Virus record (IMG/VR): IMGVR_UViG_2933096044_000001 | Location: 35,146-99,145 of that record | Strand: one strand, 5' to 3' | Length of the DNA: 64,000 bases | DNA from: a virus | Taxonomy: Duplodnaviria; Caudoviricetes | Shown here: positions 1 to 8,464 of the stretch, piece by piece | How the letters are laid out: each line of letters opens with the position of its first letter | Position numbering within the stretch: the stretch's first letter is position 1 | The notes under the pieces: model-generated | Told to the model about the DNA's origin: nothing | The model's input: the letters and a program-made list of their open reading frames with translations, nothing else | The model's database searches: none | Translations under genes and position numbers: made by a program

Positions 1-883
1 CGATCTGCCCGAGCTGGCGGAAGACGTCCAGGGCGCCCTGCATCCAGGCCAGGGCCTTGCCGGACGCCGCGGCGTTCGACAGGAACTCGCCGAAGCGCTG
101 AGCCGCGCTGCCGATCCCAGGGGCGAGCCCAGACGCGAAGGACGCGCCCACGACCGCGACGTCACGGAGCCCGGCCAGCAACGGCTGAATCGCGGGCTGG
201 ACGGCCGCGACCGCTGATCGCAGCGAGCCGAAGATCGACGTCACGGCCGATGCGCTGGCTGCCGACGCCGCGAACCGCGCGGCCTCCCCCGCGCCGAGAC
301 CGAACTCCCGCGCCACGCCGGACATACCCGCCCGAAGGGGGCCAGCCAGGGCCGCCGCCGCAGCGGTGATGTGGCCTGCCAGCGGCTGGAAGAAGGCGTC
401 CTGAACCGACGACTTGAGCGCGTCGACCACTGGCTTGACGGCTCGCAGTTCCAAGGCCGCAGACCGCGCCGCAGGTGACAGCCCTGCGATCGACTCGGCG
501 AACTTCTCCGGGTCGTCGCCGAGCGCGGCCGAGAAAGCCTCGCCGACCCCTGACAGCGCGACCTTCAGCGTGGCCAAGGCCCCCGCTCCGAGCGCGAGCA
601 CGCCGGGCAGAGCCGCGACGATGCCCGCCGCAGGAGCGAGCGCGGCCACGAACGCGATGCCGCCCTGAGCTGCAACCGCGAGCCCACCGGCCGCCACCGA
701 GCCGGCCAGCGCCATCGCGGTCAAGCGGGCGCTCATCGCGGCCGTGTTCGCCGCGACCGTTCCCAGACTGGTGCGGGACTTCTTGGCCGCCTGGTCAAGA
801 TCGTTGTGAAACTGCTTGAGCTCTGGCCGCGACCGGTTCCGGACGAAGATCGTGGCGAAGAGTTCGCCCACGTTGAGGCCCAT
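1..883 (-). CDS. tail tape measure protein, N-terminal part (runs off window)
   Basis: ATG at 883 (MGLNVGELFATIFVRN...), Ala-rich reading running to the window edge, directly after tail chaperones. Confidence 0.85.
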   Translation of the reverse strand, partial: MGLNVGELFATIFVRNRSRPELKQFHNDLDQAAKKSRTSLGTVAANTAAMSARLTAMALAGSVAAGGLAVAAQGGIAFVAALAPAAGIVAALPGVLALGAGALATLKVALSGVGEAFSAALGDDPEKFAESIAGLSPAARSAALELRAVKPVVDALKSSVQDAFFQPLAGHITAAAAALAGPLRAGMSGVAREFGLGAGEAARFAASAASASAVTSIFGSLRSAVAAVQPAIQPLLAGLRDVAVVGASFASGLAPGIGSAAQRFGEFLSNAAASGKALAWMQGALDVFRQLGQI

Positions 884-935
884 GAGCCACCTCTCGGGAG
901 TCGAGATCAAGTGCAGGGCGAGAGGAAGCGATCGC

Positions 936-955
936 CGCCAGCGGTAGCGCTGGCG
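936..955. promoter_or_regulatory. 20-bp dispersed motif, copy 1
   Basis: CGCCAGCG GTAG CGCTGGCG. Confidence 0.75.
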
Positions 956-956
956 A

Positions 957-1648
957 TTACCGTCGTTTGCGGCGGACAGCAGGTTCATCGCCCGGGTCCA
1001 GCGCCCGCGCGATCCGCGTGTCAGCGGTCAGCAGGCCCACAACGCGGGCCTGCAACCACCGCCACGACCGGCGCTGGAGGAGGTGGGGCTCGTCGAGGTC
1101 AATCGCGTATTCGCTGTGAAGATCTGCCTCGACGAGCCCCCACCTGGTCAGGAGGTCTTGCCACGTGACCCGGCGGCCGTGCGTCGAGAGGCCGTCGTCT
1201 TCGTACCAGTCGCGGAGCCCCGAGGTCGGGTCGATTTCGCCGCCGTAGCTTCCGTCGTCGGGGCTTCCGCTTCCCCCTCCGGGCCTGACTCCCAGTGCTT
1301 GGCCGCGGCCTCGAGGCCGGCCGCGACCCAGATCAGCGCTGTCTGCCCGACGTGCTGAATCGCTGGCCACGACACCTTGTCGGCGAGCAGCTCGTCCCAG
1401 ACCGTGCCCAGGATGGTCTGGTAGAGGTCCTTCTCCTGCTCGTCGTCCAGGACGAGCTGGGCCAACTCGTTCAGGCCGTTCTCGTCCACCGCCTGCCCTG
1501 CTTGTGCGGCGATGCTGGCCTGCATGAGTCGCTGACACAGCAGGCCCACCTCGGCTGACGGCGGCGGGACGACGTATGTCTTCCCGCTGACCGGCAACTT
1601 CAGGGTGGGGTCGAAGAACTCGTCGAGGTCCTTGAATGCCGCCGCCAT
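957..1648 (-). CDS. tail assembly chaperone, long form via -1 frameshift
   Basis: slippery G-GGG-GAA (+ strand ttccccc 1271-1277) links 1148..1648 frame to the W..LL..W.LVEADLH..Y.ID frame ending at 957. Confidence 0.8.
1148..1648 (-). CDS. tail assembly chaperone, short form
   Basis: between major tail and tape measure; TGATG overlap with major tail stop. Confidence 0.8.
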   Translation of the reverse strand: MAAAFKDLDEFFDPTLKLPVSGKTYVVPPPSAEVGLLCQRLMQASIAAQAGQAVDENGLNELAQLVLDDEQEKDLYQTILGTVWDELLADKVSWPAIQHVGQTALIWVAAGLEAAAKHWESGPEGEAEAPTTEATAAKSTRPRGSATGTKTTASRRTAAGSRGKTS

Positions 1649-2121
1649 CAGGGCGTCACCAGCGGGTTATCGATCTCCTCCGGAGCGCCCTGGCCGAGCA
1701 GAGTGAAGCTGAAGGGCTCCAGATCCGTGGTCTCGCCGCCCTCGGTGTACTCGGTGACCGTGCAAACGCCCTGGTAGGCGTCGGGCGCTCCATCTCGACG
1801 GAACCACCTGACGCGGATATTGGCGTTGAAGCCGACGATCTGCGAGGCCCTGCGGATCTTCTCCTGCCCGGGGTCCGGCGTGAACACGGGGTCGTCGGTG
1901 CGCTTGCGGCGCCCCTCGGCCTCGATCTGCCACGTCCGCCCGGTGACGACGGAGCTGCCGTAGCCCTCCTCGTCGTCGAAATCGCCGTCTTCCTCGGTGT
2001 TGTCATCACTCGACCGCTCGAAGCTGGTCAGACCCTTGACCGGGGTCCAGATCGGATCAGCCGCGCCGGGCGCGGAAGTGTCCACGTCCAGCCGCCAGTC
2101 ACGCGCGAGAAGGCTTCGCAT
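1648..2121 (-). CDS. major tail (tube) protein
   Basis: LARDWRLDVDT...FSFTLLGQG, typical actinophage tail tube; synteny. Confidence 0.8.
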   Translation of the reverse strand: MRSLLARDWRLDVDTSAPGAADPIWTPVKGLTSFERSSDDNTEEDGDFDDEEGYGSSVVTGRTWQIEAEGRRKRTDDPVFTPDPGQEKIRRASQIVGFNANIRVRWFRRDGAPDAYQGVCTVTEYTEGGETTDLEPFSFTLLGQGAPEEIDNPLVTP

Positions 2122-2197
2122 GATCGTCTCTCCTTCGGTGCATGCGAAAGCGCCGCCCCGCTGCTGCGGGACGGCGCGAAAGGGAAAGGGAAGAGAG

Positions 2198-2650
2198 CTA
2201 GTCGCGGTGCGGCGTCGGCCAGACCACCATCAGCTCGTAGCTGTCCGGCCGCTCCCACCGGCCGGAAGAGTCACGGCCCAGCACGGCCACGATCGTTCGC
2301 CGGATCAGCAGCACGACCACGCCCGTGGACAGCGTGAGATTCGACCGGCCGTGCAGCGTCGCGAACACCGCGTCGGCGTAGTCGCCTGCCATGCGCGGAT
2401 CCGACGCCGTGCGTGCCCGGACCTGCACCAGCACCGTCGAATCCGACTGCTCGGGATCGTCGCCACCGGTGCCGGTGCCGTAGATCGCCAGCGAGATCGC
2501 CTCGTCCGGCTTACTCGGCAGACCGCCGAGCGTGATGGCCCGCTGGGACGCGGTGTAGGCGCCCACCGGGTCCCAGTCGCCGACGCCGGCCTCGGCTAGC
2601 AGCACCGATAGGCCGGTGAGCAGGTCGCGCGAGAAGGTCTCGGCACTCAT
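2198..2650 (-). CDS. tail terminator / minor capsid-type connector
   Basis: start MSAETF; VQVRAR...LGRDSSGRWE motif; synteny. Confidence 0.7.
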   Translation of the reverse strand: MSAETFSRDLLTGLSVLLAEAGVGDWDPVGAYTASQRAITLGGLPSKPDEAISLAIYGTGTGGDDPEQSDSTVLVQVRARTASDPRMAGDYADAVFATLHGRSNLTLSTGVVVLLIRRTIVAVLGRDSSGRWERPDSYELMVVWPTPHRD

Positions 2651-3048
2651 CCGCGCAATGCCCTCTCGATCTGCGTACCGATGATCTTGTGGACGGTGTC
2701 GACCTCGGCGCGGAGCGTCTTCTCCAGCCACTTCGGCTCGCCCTGGATGGGGTGCTCCCAGGTGGTCTCTTCGTGCTGCCGGGCGGCATAGGCGATGTCG
2801 TAGCCGAGAGCCGCCTTGAGCTTGCCCGTGTCCACGGCGATCGAGCCCGGCCGCTCACGCGGGTCGCCGGACCTCTGCAGGTCTCCGGTACGCCAGGGGG
2901 TACGGGGAGCCGCCTCGGTCAGGACGTGCTCCGACGCCAGATACACACCGCGGGCTGCGGCCTCGTTCAGCTCGTGCTCGATGATGTCCGGCCCCATCTT
3001 GAGGTCGAGTCGCACATCCACCTTGATCCGTGCGTTGGCCTTAGCCAT
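2647..3048 (-). CDS. head-tail completion protein (HK97 gp10-like)
   Basis: P.RTG.L..S and YAARQHE...H....KWLE motifs. Confidence 0.7.
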   Translation of the reverse strand: MAKANARIKVDVRLDLKMGPDIIEHELNEAAARGVYLASEHVLTEAAPRTPWRTGDLQRSGDPRERPGSIAVDTGKLKAALGYDIAYAARQHEETTWEHPIQGEPKWLEKTLRAEVDTVHKIIGTQIERALRG

Positions 3049-3356
3049 CAGCGGCACACCACCTCAACGTGATCAGGGGTCGGCAGGCCGCCGCCGTCGC
3101 GGGAGTAGCTGGCGATGACGGTGGTGACTCGGCTGTTGACGGTCACTCGCGACCCTTCGGGGCACTGGACCCCAGGGCGAAAGAAGATCGTCGTGTCGGA
3201 AACCGTCTCGGCGCCCTGTGCGTCCCTCACAAGCCGCCGCTCATCATCGACGAGGCACTGCTCCGTCACTGGCGGGCCGTAGAGCGGCCCGTACGCGCCA
3301 TCTCCGAGAAACGGCTCGATCTGTGCCTGATGCCTGAGCAGCCAGTCAGGAAGCAC
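3048..3356 (-). CDS. head-to-tail stopper
   Basis: start VLPDWLL; RLVRDAQG.E.VS, P.GSRVTV, LPTPDHVEV; synteny. Confidence 0.65.
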   Translation of the reverse strand: MLPDWLLRHQAQIEPFLGDGAYGPLYGPPVTEQCLVDDERRLVRDAQGAETVSDTTIFFRPGVQCPEGSRVTVNSRVTTVIASYSRDGGGLPTPDHVEVVCR

Positions 3357-3360
3357 GCGA

Positions 3361-3750
3361 TCACCAGGCCGTCGTGTCGAATGCGTACCCGGGCAGCAGC
3401 CCAGCGACGTGCAAGATCCGGCCGGCATCCGGCGCGTGACGCGGTGGCCCGCCTTCGGTGTTCCGACCGCCCAACCGGACTGAGCCGATTTGCACATCCT
3501 TGAACGCCGACGCCACACCGTATGGATCACCGAGCGCCAAGGACCATGCGGCTTGCGCGCACGTGGCGCGGGTGATCGCGTCCTTCTCCTTCGGATCGGT
3601 CGGCATCTCGCTGTCGTCGGTGCTGTAGACCGCGCCGATGAGCAGTTCGTCGATTCGCTCTGAAGCCCGACTCAGCACGGCATCGATACCGGCCGGGGCG
3701 GGCTTGTCGGTGTAGTCCGCGTAGTCGTCGGCCGTTGCGTACACCACCAC
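3361..3750 (-). CDS. head-to-tail adaptor
   Basis: YAT..D...L.RAS..ID...ATCAQ motif; RBS GGAGG upstream. Confidence 0.7.
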   Translation of the reverse strand: MVVYATADDYADYTDKPAPAGIDAVLSRASERIDELLIGAVYSTDDSEMPTDPKEKDAITRATCAQAAWSLALGDPYGVASAFKDVQIGSVRLGGRNTEGGPPRHAPDAGRILHVAGLLPGYAFDTTAW

Positions 3751-3771
3751 CACGGGCCTCCTCTCGGGTCT

Positions 3772-3791
3772 CGCCAGCGGCACCGCTGGCG
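3772..3791. promoter_or_regulatory. motif copy 2
   Basis: CGCCAGCG GCAC CGCTGGCG. Confidence 0.75.
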
Positions 3792-3794
3792 TTT

Positions 3795-4139
3795 TCAGGC
3801 GGGTAGCTCGTACACCGAGACCTGGACGTCCGCGGGGTTGTCGTAGTTGATCCACACCGTGTCGTCCTCAGCCCTGCGGTAGATCGGCGGGAACGGCGGC
3901 ACAAGCAGGTCGTCGCCAGCCGCCAGCGGGTACGGCTGGTCCGGCAACTCCTTGCCGTCAACTTGGCCCGGCATGACGACGGTCACCGTCCGGGTGGAAG
4001 CACCAGCGTTCACGAGCCGGATCTGTCGCCGGGACGAGTAGCCGAACGCGTGGCCATCTGCCACGGCCGCCGTGAGAGCAGCGTTGAGGTTCACGCCGGC
4101 GCGGCCCATGCCGGTGATCGGGAGGTTCTCCCTAGCCAT
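3795..4139 (-). CDS. hypothetical virion protein
   Basis: intact beta-rich ORF in head module. Confidence 0.5.
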   Translation of the reverse strand: MARENLPITGMGRAGVNLNAALTAAVADGHAFGYSSRRQIRLVNAGASTRTVTVVMPGQVDGKELPDQPYPLAAGDDLLVPPFPPIYRRAEDDTVWINYDNPADVQVSVYELPA

Positions 4140-4476
4140 CGTTCTCCTCCTCCTGGCCGAACTCCTCGACGAGGGCGGCCTTGCCCAGGGCCTTGGCGTC
4201 CTTCTCTGCCATGCCGCGCGATACCGCGTAGATGACCCAGATGGCCTTGCTCGCGCTCTCAGGCGGCGGGCCGGGCGGGAGGTCCTGCGCGGGGGCGGCC
4301 GGAGCCTGCGCGGCAGGCTCCGGCGAGGACGGTGCGGCGGAGGGTACCGGGGCTTCCGTCGCTGCTGGCCGGGACGTGATCGTCCAGTTCGGCCAGCAGT
4401 CCAGGATCGCGTCTCGCTCCGGCAGTTCCACCGTCTGTCCGGTGTTCGCGTTGTGGTAGACCCATATTTCGGCCAT
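4132..4476 (-). CDS. hypothetical protein with Pro/Ala linker and C-terminal P...ASKA.W..YA helical domain
   Basis: follows capsid gene. Confidence 0.5.
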   Translation of the reverse strand: MAEIWVYHNANTGQTVELPERDAILDCWPNWTITSRPAATEAPVPSAAPSSPEPAAQAPAAPAQDLPPGPPPESASKAIWVIYAVSRGMAEKDAKALGKAALVEEFGQEEENDG

Positions 4477-4478
4477 CC

Positions 4479-5423
4479 TTAAGGCTTCGCCTTCGTGGTG
4501 CCAGAGGTGATGACCACAGCGCGGTCGGGGTCGAGAGTTTTGACCCCGTACAACGTATCAATGGACACGACATCCTGCTTTTTGGAAATGTCGTAATCCA
4601 TGACCACGCGCAATCCGAATCCCTTATAGGATTCGACGTGCGCGTTTGCCGCACCCTGGGGCAGAACGAGCGGTCGGGTGACGAGCGCAAATGCCGTCCT
4701 GTGAAATGCAACCCCGATCTCATGGTCCGGGAGCGTCGCTCCCTGTGGGTCGGAAGCCAGAAATTCCGGCTCCTTGATATTCTGCGTCTGATAGCTATCG
4801 AAGCCGAAAACCCGCCTTCCCAGATTCGCTTCGCGAAGGCCCTCGGTATCGCCGCGAGCATCGGCCCTGTGAAACAGTTCATCCGAGAGCCAAAGCGCTT
4901 CCTGCTCGGGGCCGACCACGATGTATCGGTCGGTCGCAGGGACATTGCGCTGGTTGAGGACCCTTCGCCCGGCGATGGCCACACGGGGGTTCGCGTAGCG
5001 GAACTTCTCGTTCGGGTCGGTGTTGAGGCCGACCTTCTGTACGACGTCGCTGCGGAGCGACAGGATATCCCTGTCGATTTTCTGCGCGATGGCCTCGGTT
5101 GCCGGGGCGAGAAGCTGCTGGTTGAAATCGATGATGTCGAGCGTGAGTTCTTCGCTGGTCACGGCGAAACTTACGTCGGCGAAACGGTCGAGGGTGATCG
5201 GGATTGACCCCTCGGTCGCGTTCTGGATTTCGATGCCGGTCGCCCTGTCGAAGTTCTTGGCCTCGAACTTGGCAGGCTTCCTGATCGTGATCGTGTCGCC
5301 GATCCGCGACACGAATTCCTCTTCGTAGTCTCGGTAGACGAGCTGCGACATGACGGTCGTCTCGTAAAGGTTGGCAAGAGCCTGCCGCGCGATGATGCTC
5401 GGCGTTAGAAACGTGTTAGCCAT
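4479..5423 (-). CDS. major capsid protein (P22 coat-like)
   Basis: MANTFLTPSIIA..., GDTITIRKP, AFHRTAFAL, SIDTLYGVK. Confidence 0.9.
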   Translation of the reverse strand: MANTFLTPSIIARQALANLYETTVMSQLVYRDYEEEFVSRIGDTITIRKPAKFEAKNFDRATGIEIQNATEGSIPITLDRFADVSFAVTSEELTLDIIDFNQQLLAPATEAIAQKIDRDILSLRSDVVQKVGLNTDPNEKFRYANPRVAIAGRRVLNQRNVPATDRYIVVGPEQEALWLSDELFHRADARGDTEGLREANLGRRVFGFDSYQTQNIKEPEFLASDPQGATLPDHEIGVAFHRTAFALVTRPLVLPQGAANAHVESYKGFGLRVVMDYDISKKQDVVSIDTLYGVKTLDPDRAVVITSGTTKAKP

Positions 5424-5447
5424 TTTCGGGCCTTCTCTTATCAGCTT

Positions 5448-5467
5448 CGCCAGCGGTAGCGCTGGCT
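5448..5467. promoter_or_regulatory. motif copy 3
   Basis: CGCCAGCG GTAG CGCTGGCT. Confidence 0.75.
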
Positions 5468-5471
5468 AGCG

Positions 5472-6344
5472 TTAAGACGACTTCTTCGCCTGTCGCTGCT
5501 TGCGGAAGTCGTCGATGGACGGCTCGGACGAAGGGCTGCGCCCGCCAGGCCCGCCGGCGAACTCCCCTCCCGAGCGAGAGGGCGGCCCCGCCTGGGGACC
5601 GCTCTTGAACTTGGGGTTTTCCGTGATCGCGAGCTCGATCATCTCGCCGAGCTTCGTCGTGAAGTCCTGCGCGTCGATGTCGAGGTCACGGGCCTTCTTG
5701 AGGAAGGAACGGGAATCGAGCAAGGCATCGGGATCGGCGCCGAGCTTGAGGCCCTGGCGGTGCACGGCCAGCTCCATCAGTGCGCGGCGGTGCCGGTCCT
5801 TCTCTTCGTCTCTCTCCTTCGCGGTCGTGTCCCGCTCGGAGGTGAGCTGCTCGATGATCTGCTCCGGCGTGAGCTGCTTCTGCTCCTCGCCGAGGAGCCC
5901 CAGAGCTTTCCCGATCTGCTGAGCCAGGTCGGACTGGACCTGCTGAGTGATTTCCTCAGCAGACGGCCCCTTCGCGCGGGCAGCCTCATCGGCTGCCTTC
6001 TGGGCTTCGCGAAGCTGGCTGCGGAACTCGGCAGCCTCGTTCCGGGTCTCCCGGATGAGCTTCTGCGCCCACGAGGGGAGCTGATCCACCTTAAGCGCGT
6101 CCGGATTGACCTGCTCCTCCCGCTGCCGGGTAGCAGCGAGCGGGTCCGGCGCGGTCCCTTCCTGCTGGGCGGGCTGCGTGACCCCGGCCTCAGGACCGCC
6201 GCTCTGCGGTTCGCCCTGCGGCTGGCCTTCGCCCCCTCCCTCGCCTTCAGGCGCACCGCCAGCGATCAGGCGGATCGGTCGACCGGACTTGCGGTAGCCG
6301 ATGATCGCGCCAGGCGTCGTCGGCAGGGTGTGATCCTCGAACAT
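5472..6344 (-). CDS. capsid scaffolding protein
   Basis: start MFEDH with RBS; coiled-coil, LLDSRSF, SGGEFAGG tail; precedes capsid. Confidence 0.8.
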   Translation of the reverse strand: MFEDHTLPTTPGAIIGYRKSGRPIRLIAGGAPEGEGGGEGQPQGEPQSGGPEAGVTQPAQQEGTAPDPLAATRQREEQVNPDALKVDQLPSWAQKLIRETRNEAAEFRSQLREAQKAADEAARAKGPSAEEITQQVQSDLAQQIGKALGLLGEEQKQLTPEQIIEQLTSERDTTAKERDEEKDRHRRALMELAVHRQGLKLGADPDALLDSRSFLKKARDLDIDAQDFTTKLGEMIELAITENPKFKSGPQAGPPSRSGGEFAGGPGGRSPSSEPSIDDFRKQRQAKKSS

Positions 6345-6418
6345 CGTTGGCCCTCCTGGAGCCGGACATGAAGCAGGCCCGCACCAGGCGGCCCTACAGA
6401 ACGGACAGGAATCCCTCG

Positions 6419-6592
6419 TCAGCGCCCGGCTGGCCGGTTCCTGCGATATATGCGCACCCACAGCAGGGCGAGCGCTCGGTTACGGGCGTCGCCTGCAGGG
6501 TCGTACGGACAGTCGGTGATCGGGCGCCGGCTACGTGCCGCCCATCGCGCCGTCGTCACCGCCGCCCGACGATCAAGTTCAGAGAGTGTCAT
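6419..6592 (-). CDS. 57-aa protein with CPY...W motif (Rmf/CrpP-like)
   Basis: ATGA overlap with minor capsid stop; ITDCPYD...LLWVRIY. Confidence 0.55.
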   Translation of the reverse strand: MTLSELDRRAAVTTARWAARSRRPITDCPYDPAGDARNRALALLWVRIYRRNRPAGR

Positions 6593-8463
6593 CGGCGGTT
6601 CTCCCTGGTCCGCTGCGCCGCCTTCTTGTCGCTGGCGCGGCCGAGGAGCTGCGCGCGGAACTCGGTCGCGGTCATACGCGGGTGGTCCTCCCACCAGCGT
6701 TTCAGCTCGTCGGAGGCGTATTTGTAGGCCATGTCCTGACGGCCGGACAGCAGCGAGCGGCCGTCGATGCCTCGCTGGCGTCCCTCCGAATTCACCATGA
6801 CGCCGCGGGTGTACCGCTCGGCCGCAAGGAAGGTCATCTCCAGCCACTCATCGAACAGCCTTCGGACCACCTGATCCAGGGACTCGCCTGGCAGGCGTTG
6901 CGTCTCGACCTGCGACCGTGCGTCCTCACGACGCGCCAGGTCCGGATCTAGCCCGTACACCGTCGCGTACGCCTCCAGCGGGTCCACACCGCTGTCGAGG
7001 AGTTCGGTGACCGCCCGGTCCTCCGGCGCCTCTTCCAGGTCCCATCGCCAGCTCGGGTCCTGCTCACGTCGGTCCAGCTCGGCGAGTAGCCGCTCCAGGG
7101 CCACGTCATCGCCGGCGCCGGAGAAGCGCTCCACAAGGTCGAGCACCTGCTCGTCGGTGACCTTCGAGAAATCGTCGGGCAGCTCGCGCACCGCGGCGCT
7201 CACCTGCTCGGCTCGCTCCTGTTCCCGGTCGATGTCGCGCTGCTCCAGGACCTGGGTGATGCGGTTGACGGCGGCTTCGTCGTCGGCGTGCTGTCCGAGC
7301 AGCGCCGCCAGCTCGTCGTCCGGTCGCTTCTCCAGGTTGCGCGGCAGCACCTTGGCCCGCTGCCGGTCGCGGCGGATCGGCAGGCCGGACGCGTTGGCGT
7401 GCTCGCGGATCTGCGCGTTGAGCGACTGGACGCGCTGCTCGGCCCGTTCACGGTCCTTCTTCTCCAGCGCGACCGATGCCTGCCGCTTCGCGGCCCGCAG
7501 GTCCCGCTCCATCCGCCGCATCTTCTGCGAGTCGCCGTAGTCAGCCGGGTGCTTGCGCACCACGGGTCTCTTCGTGGCGCCGGGCAGGTAGGTGAGCAGG
7601 TTGTGCCCACATCCTGGGTGGAGCAGGCCCGCTGTGCGGGCCTGCTCCACCGTTCCTTCGACGAGCACGTCAACCTGCTCGTCGGAGACGTAGGAGAGTT
7701 CCTGCCGCCACCCGATCCGCCCCGACTGAGTGAGGATCTTGCCTTCCCAGAAGTCGCACCTCGGGCAGGTGAACGGGAGCCGGCTCACGATGACGAGATC
7801 GACGCCGTTCTCCTTCAGCGTGGCCAGGTGACCGTCCACGGCAGCACGCGCCATCGCGGTACGAACGGCCATCTCCGTGTACGACCCCATCGACCACGAA
7901 CGGCCCTTCGAGTCCGTGAACCCGGTAATGCCCTTGCGCGCGAACATGTCGAGCGCACGTTGTGTGGCCTGCTCCCTGGTTTCCGCGCCCGTCAGCGCCC
8001 GCCCAGCAACCTGTGCGATCACCTGGGAGAACACGTCCTCCATGGTGCGCAGGGCGCCCATGTGGACGCTCTGCACGCGTGCCACGGTCTGGCGTGCCAG
8101 CTCGATCACGCCCTGGCCCTGGCCGATCCGCTTCGCGTTCCCCAGGTGCGTCAGGTCCGCCATCGCGCGCTGCACGCCGCGGCGCCACGCCGCGTCGACG
8201 CCGGTCGTGACGAGCTTGTCCGACAGCCGCTCCAAACGGTGCACCACCCGGTCCGTCTGACGGCGCAATTCCCGCAGTTCGGCGAAGCGAGCGCCCTCCC
8301 ATTCGGGCTCGCCCAGCCGCGCGACCAGTGCTTCCGAGACGACGCGCAGCAGTTCCCGTTCCGCGTCGTAGTAGATGGCTGCTACGGCGCGGGCGTGGTC
8401 GAGGGCTGCCTCGATGTGCTCCAGGTCTTGCTGTCCCAGGGCCTCGGCCGCCGCGGTGGTCAT
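6589..8463 (-). CDS. minor capsid / MuF-like protein with long C-terminal extension
   Basis: GITGFTD..GR.W...Y.EMA.RT, CPRC..WEGK, GLLHPGCGH, then about 250 aa extension. Confidence 0.85.
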   Translation of the reverse strand: MTTAAAEALGQQDLEHIEAALDHARAVAAIYYDAERELLRVVSEALVARLGEPEWEGARFAELRELRRQTDRVVHRLERLSDKLVTTGVDAAWRRGVQRAMADLTHLGNAKRIGQGQGVIELARQTVARVQSVHMGALRTMEDVFSQVIAQVAGRALTGAETREQATQRALDMFARKGITGFTDSKGRSWSMGSYTEMAVRTAMARAAVDGHLATLKENGVDLVIVSRLPFTCPRCDFWEGKILTQSGRIGWRQELSYVSDEQVDVLVEGTVEQARTAGLLHPGCGHNLLTYLPGATKRPVVRKHPADYGDSQKMRRMERDLRAAKRQASVALEKKDRERAEQRVQSLNAQIREHANASGLPIRRDRQRAKVLPRNLEKRPDDELAALLGQHADDEAAVNRITQVLEQRDIDREQERAEQVSAAVRELPDDFSKVTDEQVLDLVERFSGAGDDVALERLLAELDRREQDPSWRWDLEEAPEDRAVTELLDSGVDPLEAYATVYGLDPDLARREDARSQVETQRLPGESLDQVVRRLFDEWLEMTFLAAERYTRGVMVNSEGRQRGIDGRSLLSGRQDMAYKYASDELKRWWEDHPRMTATEFRAQLLGRASDKKAAQRTRENRR

Positions 8464-8464
8464 C

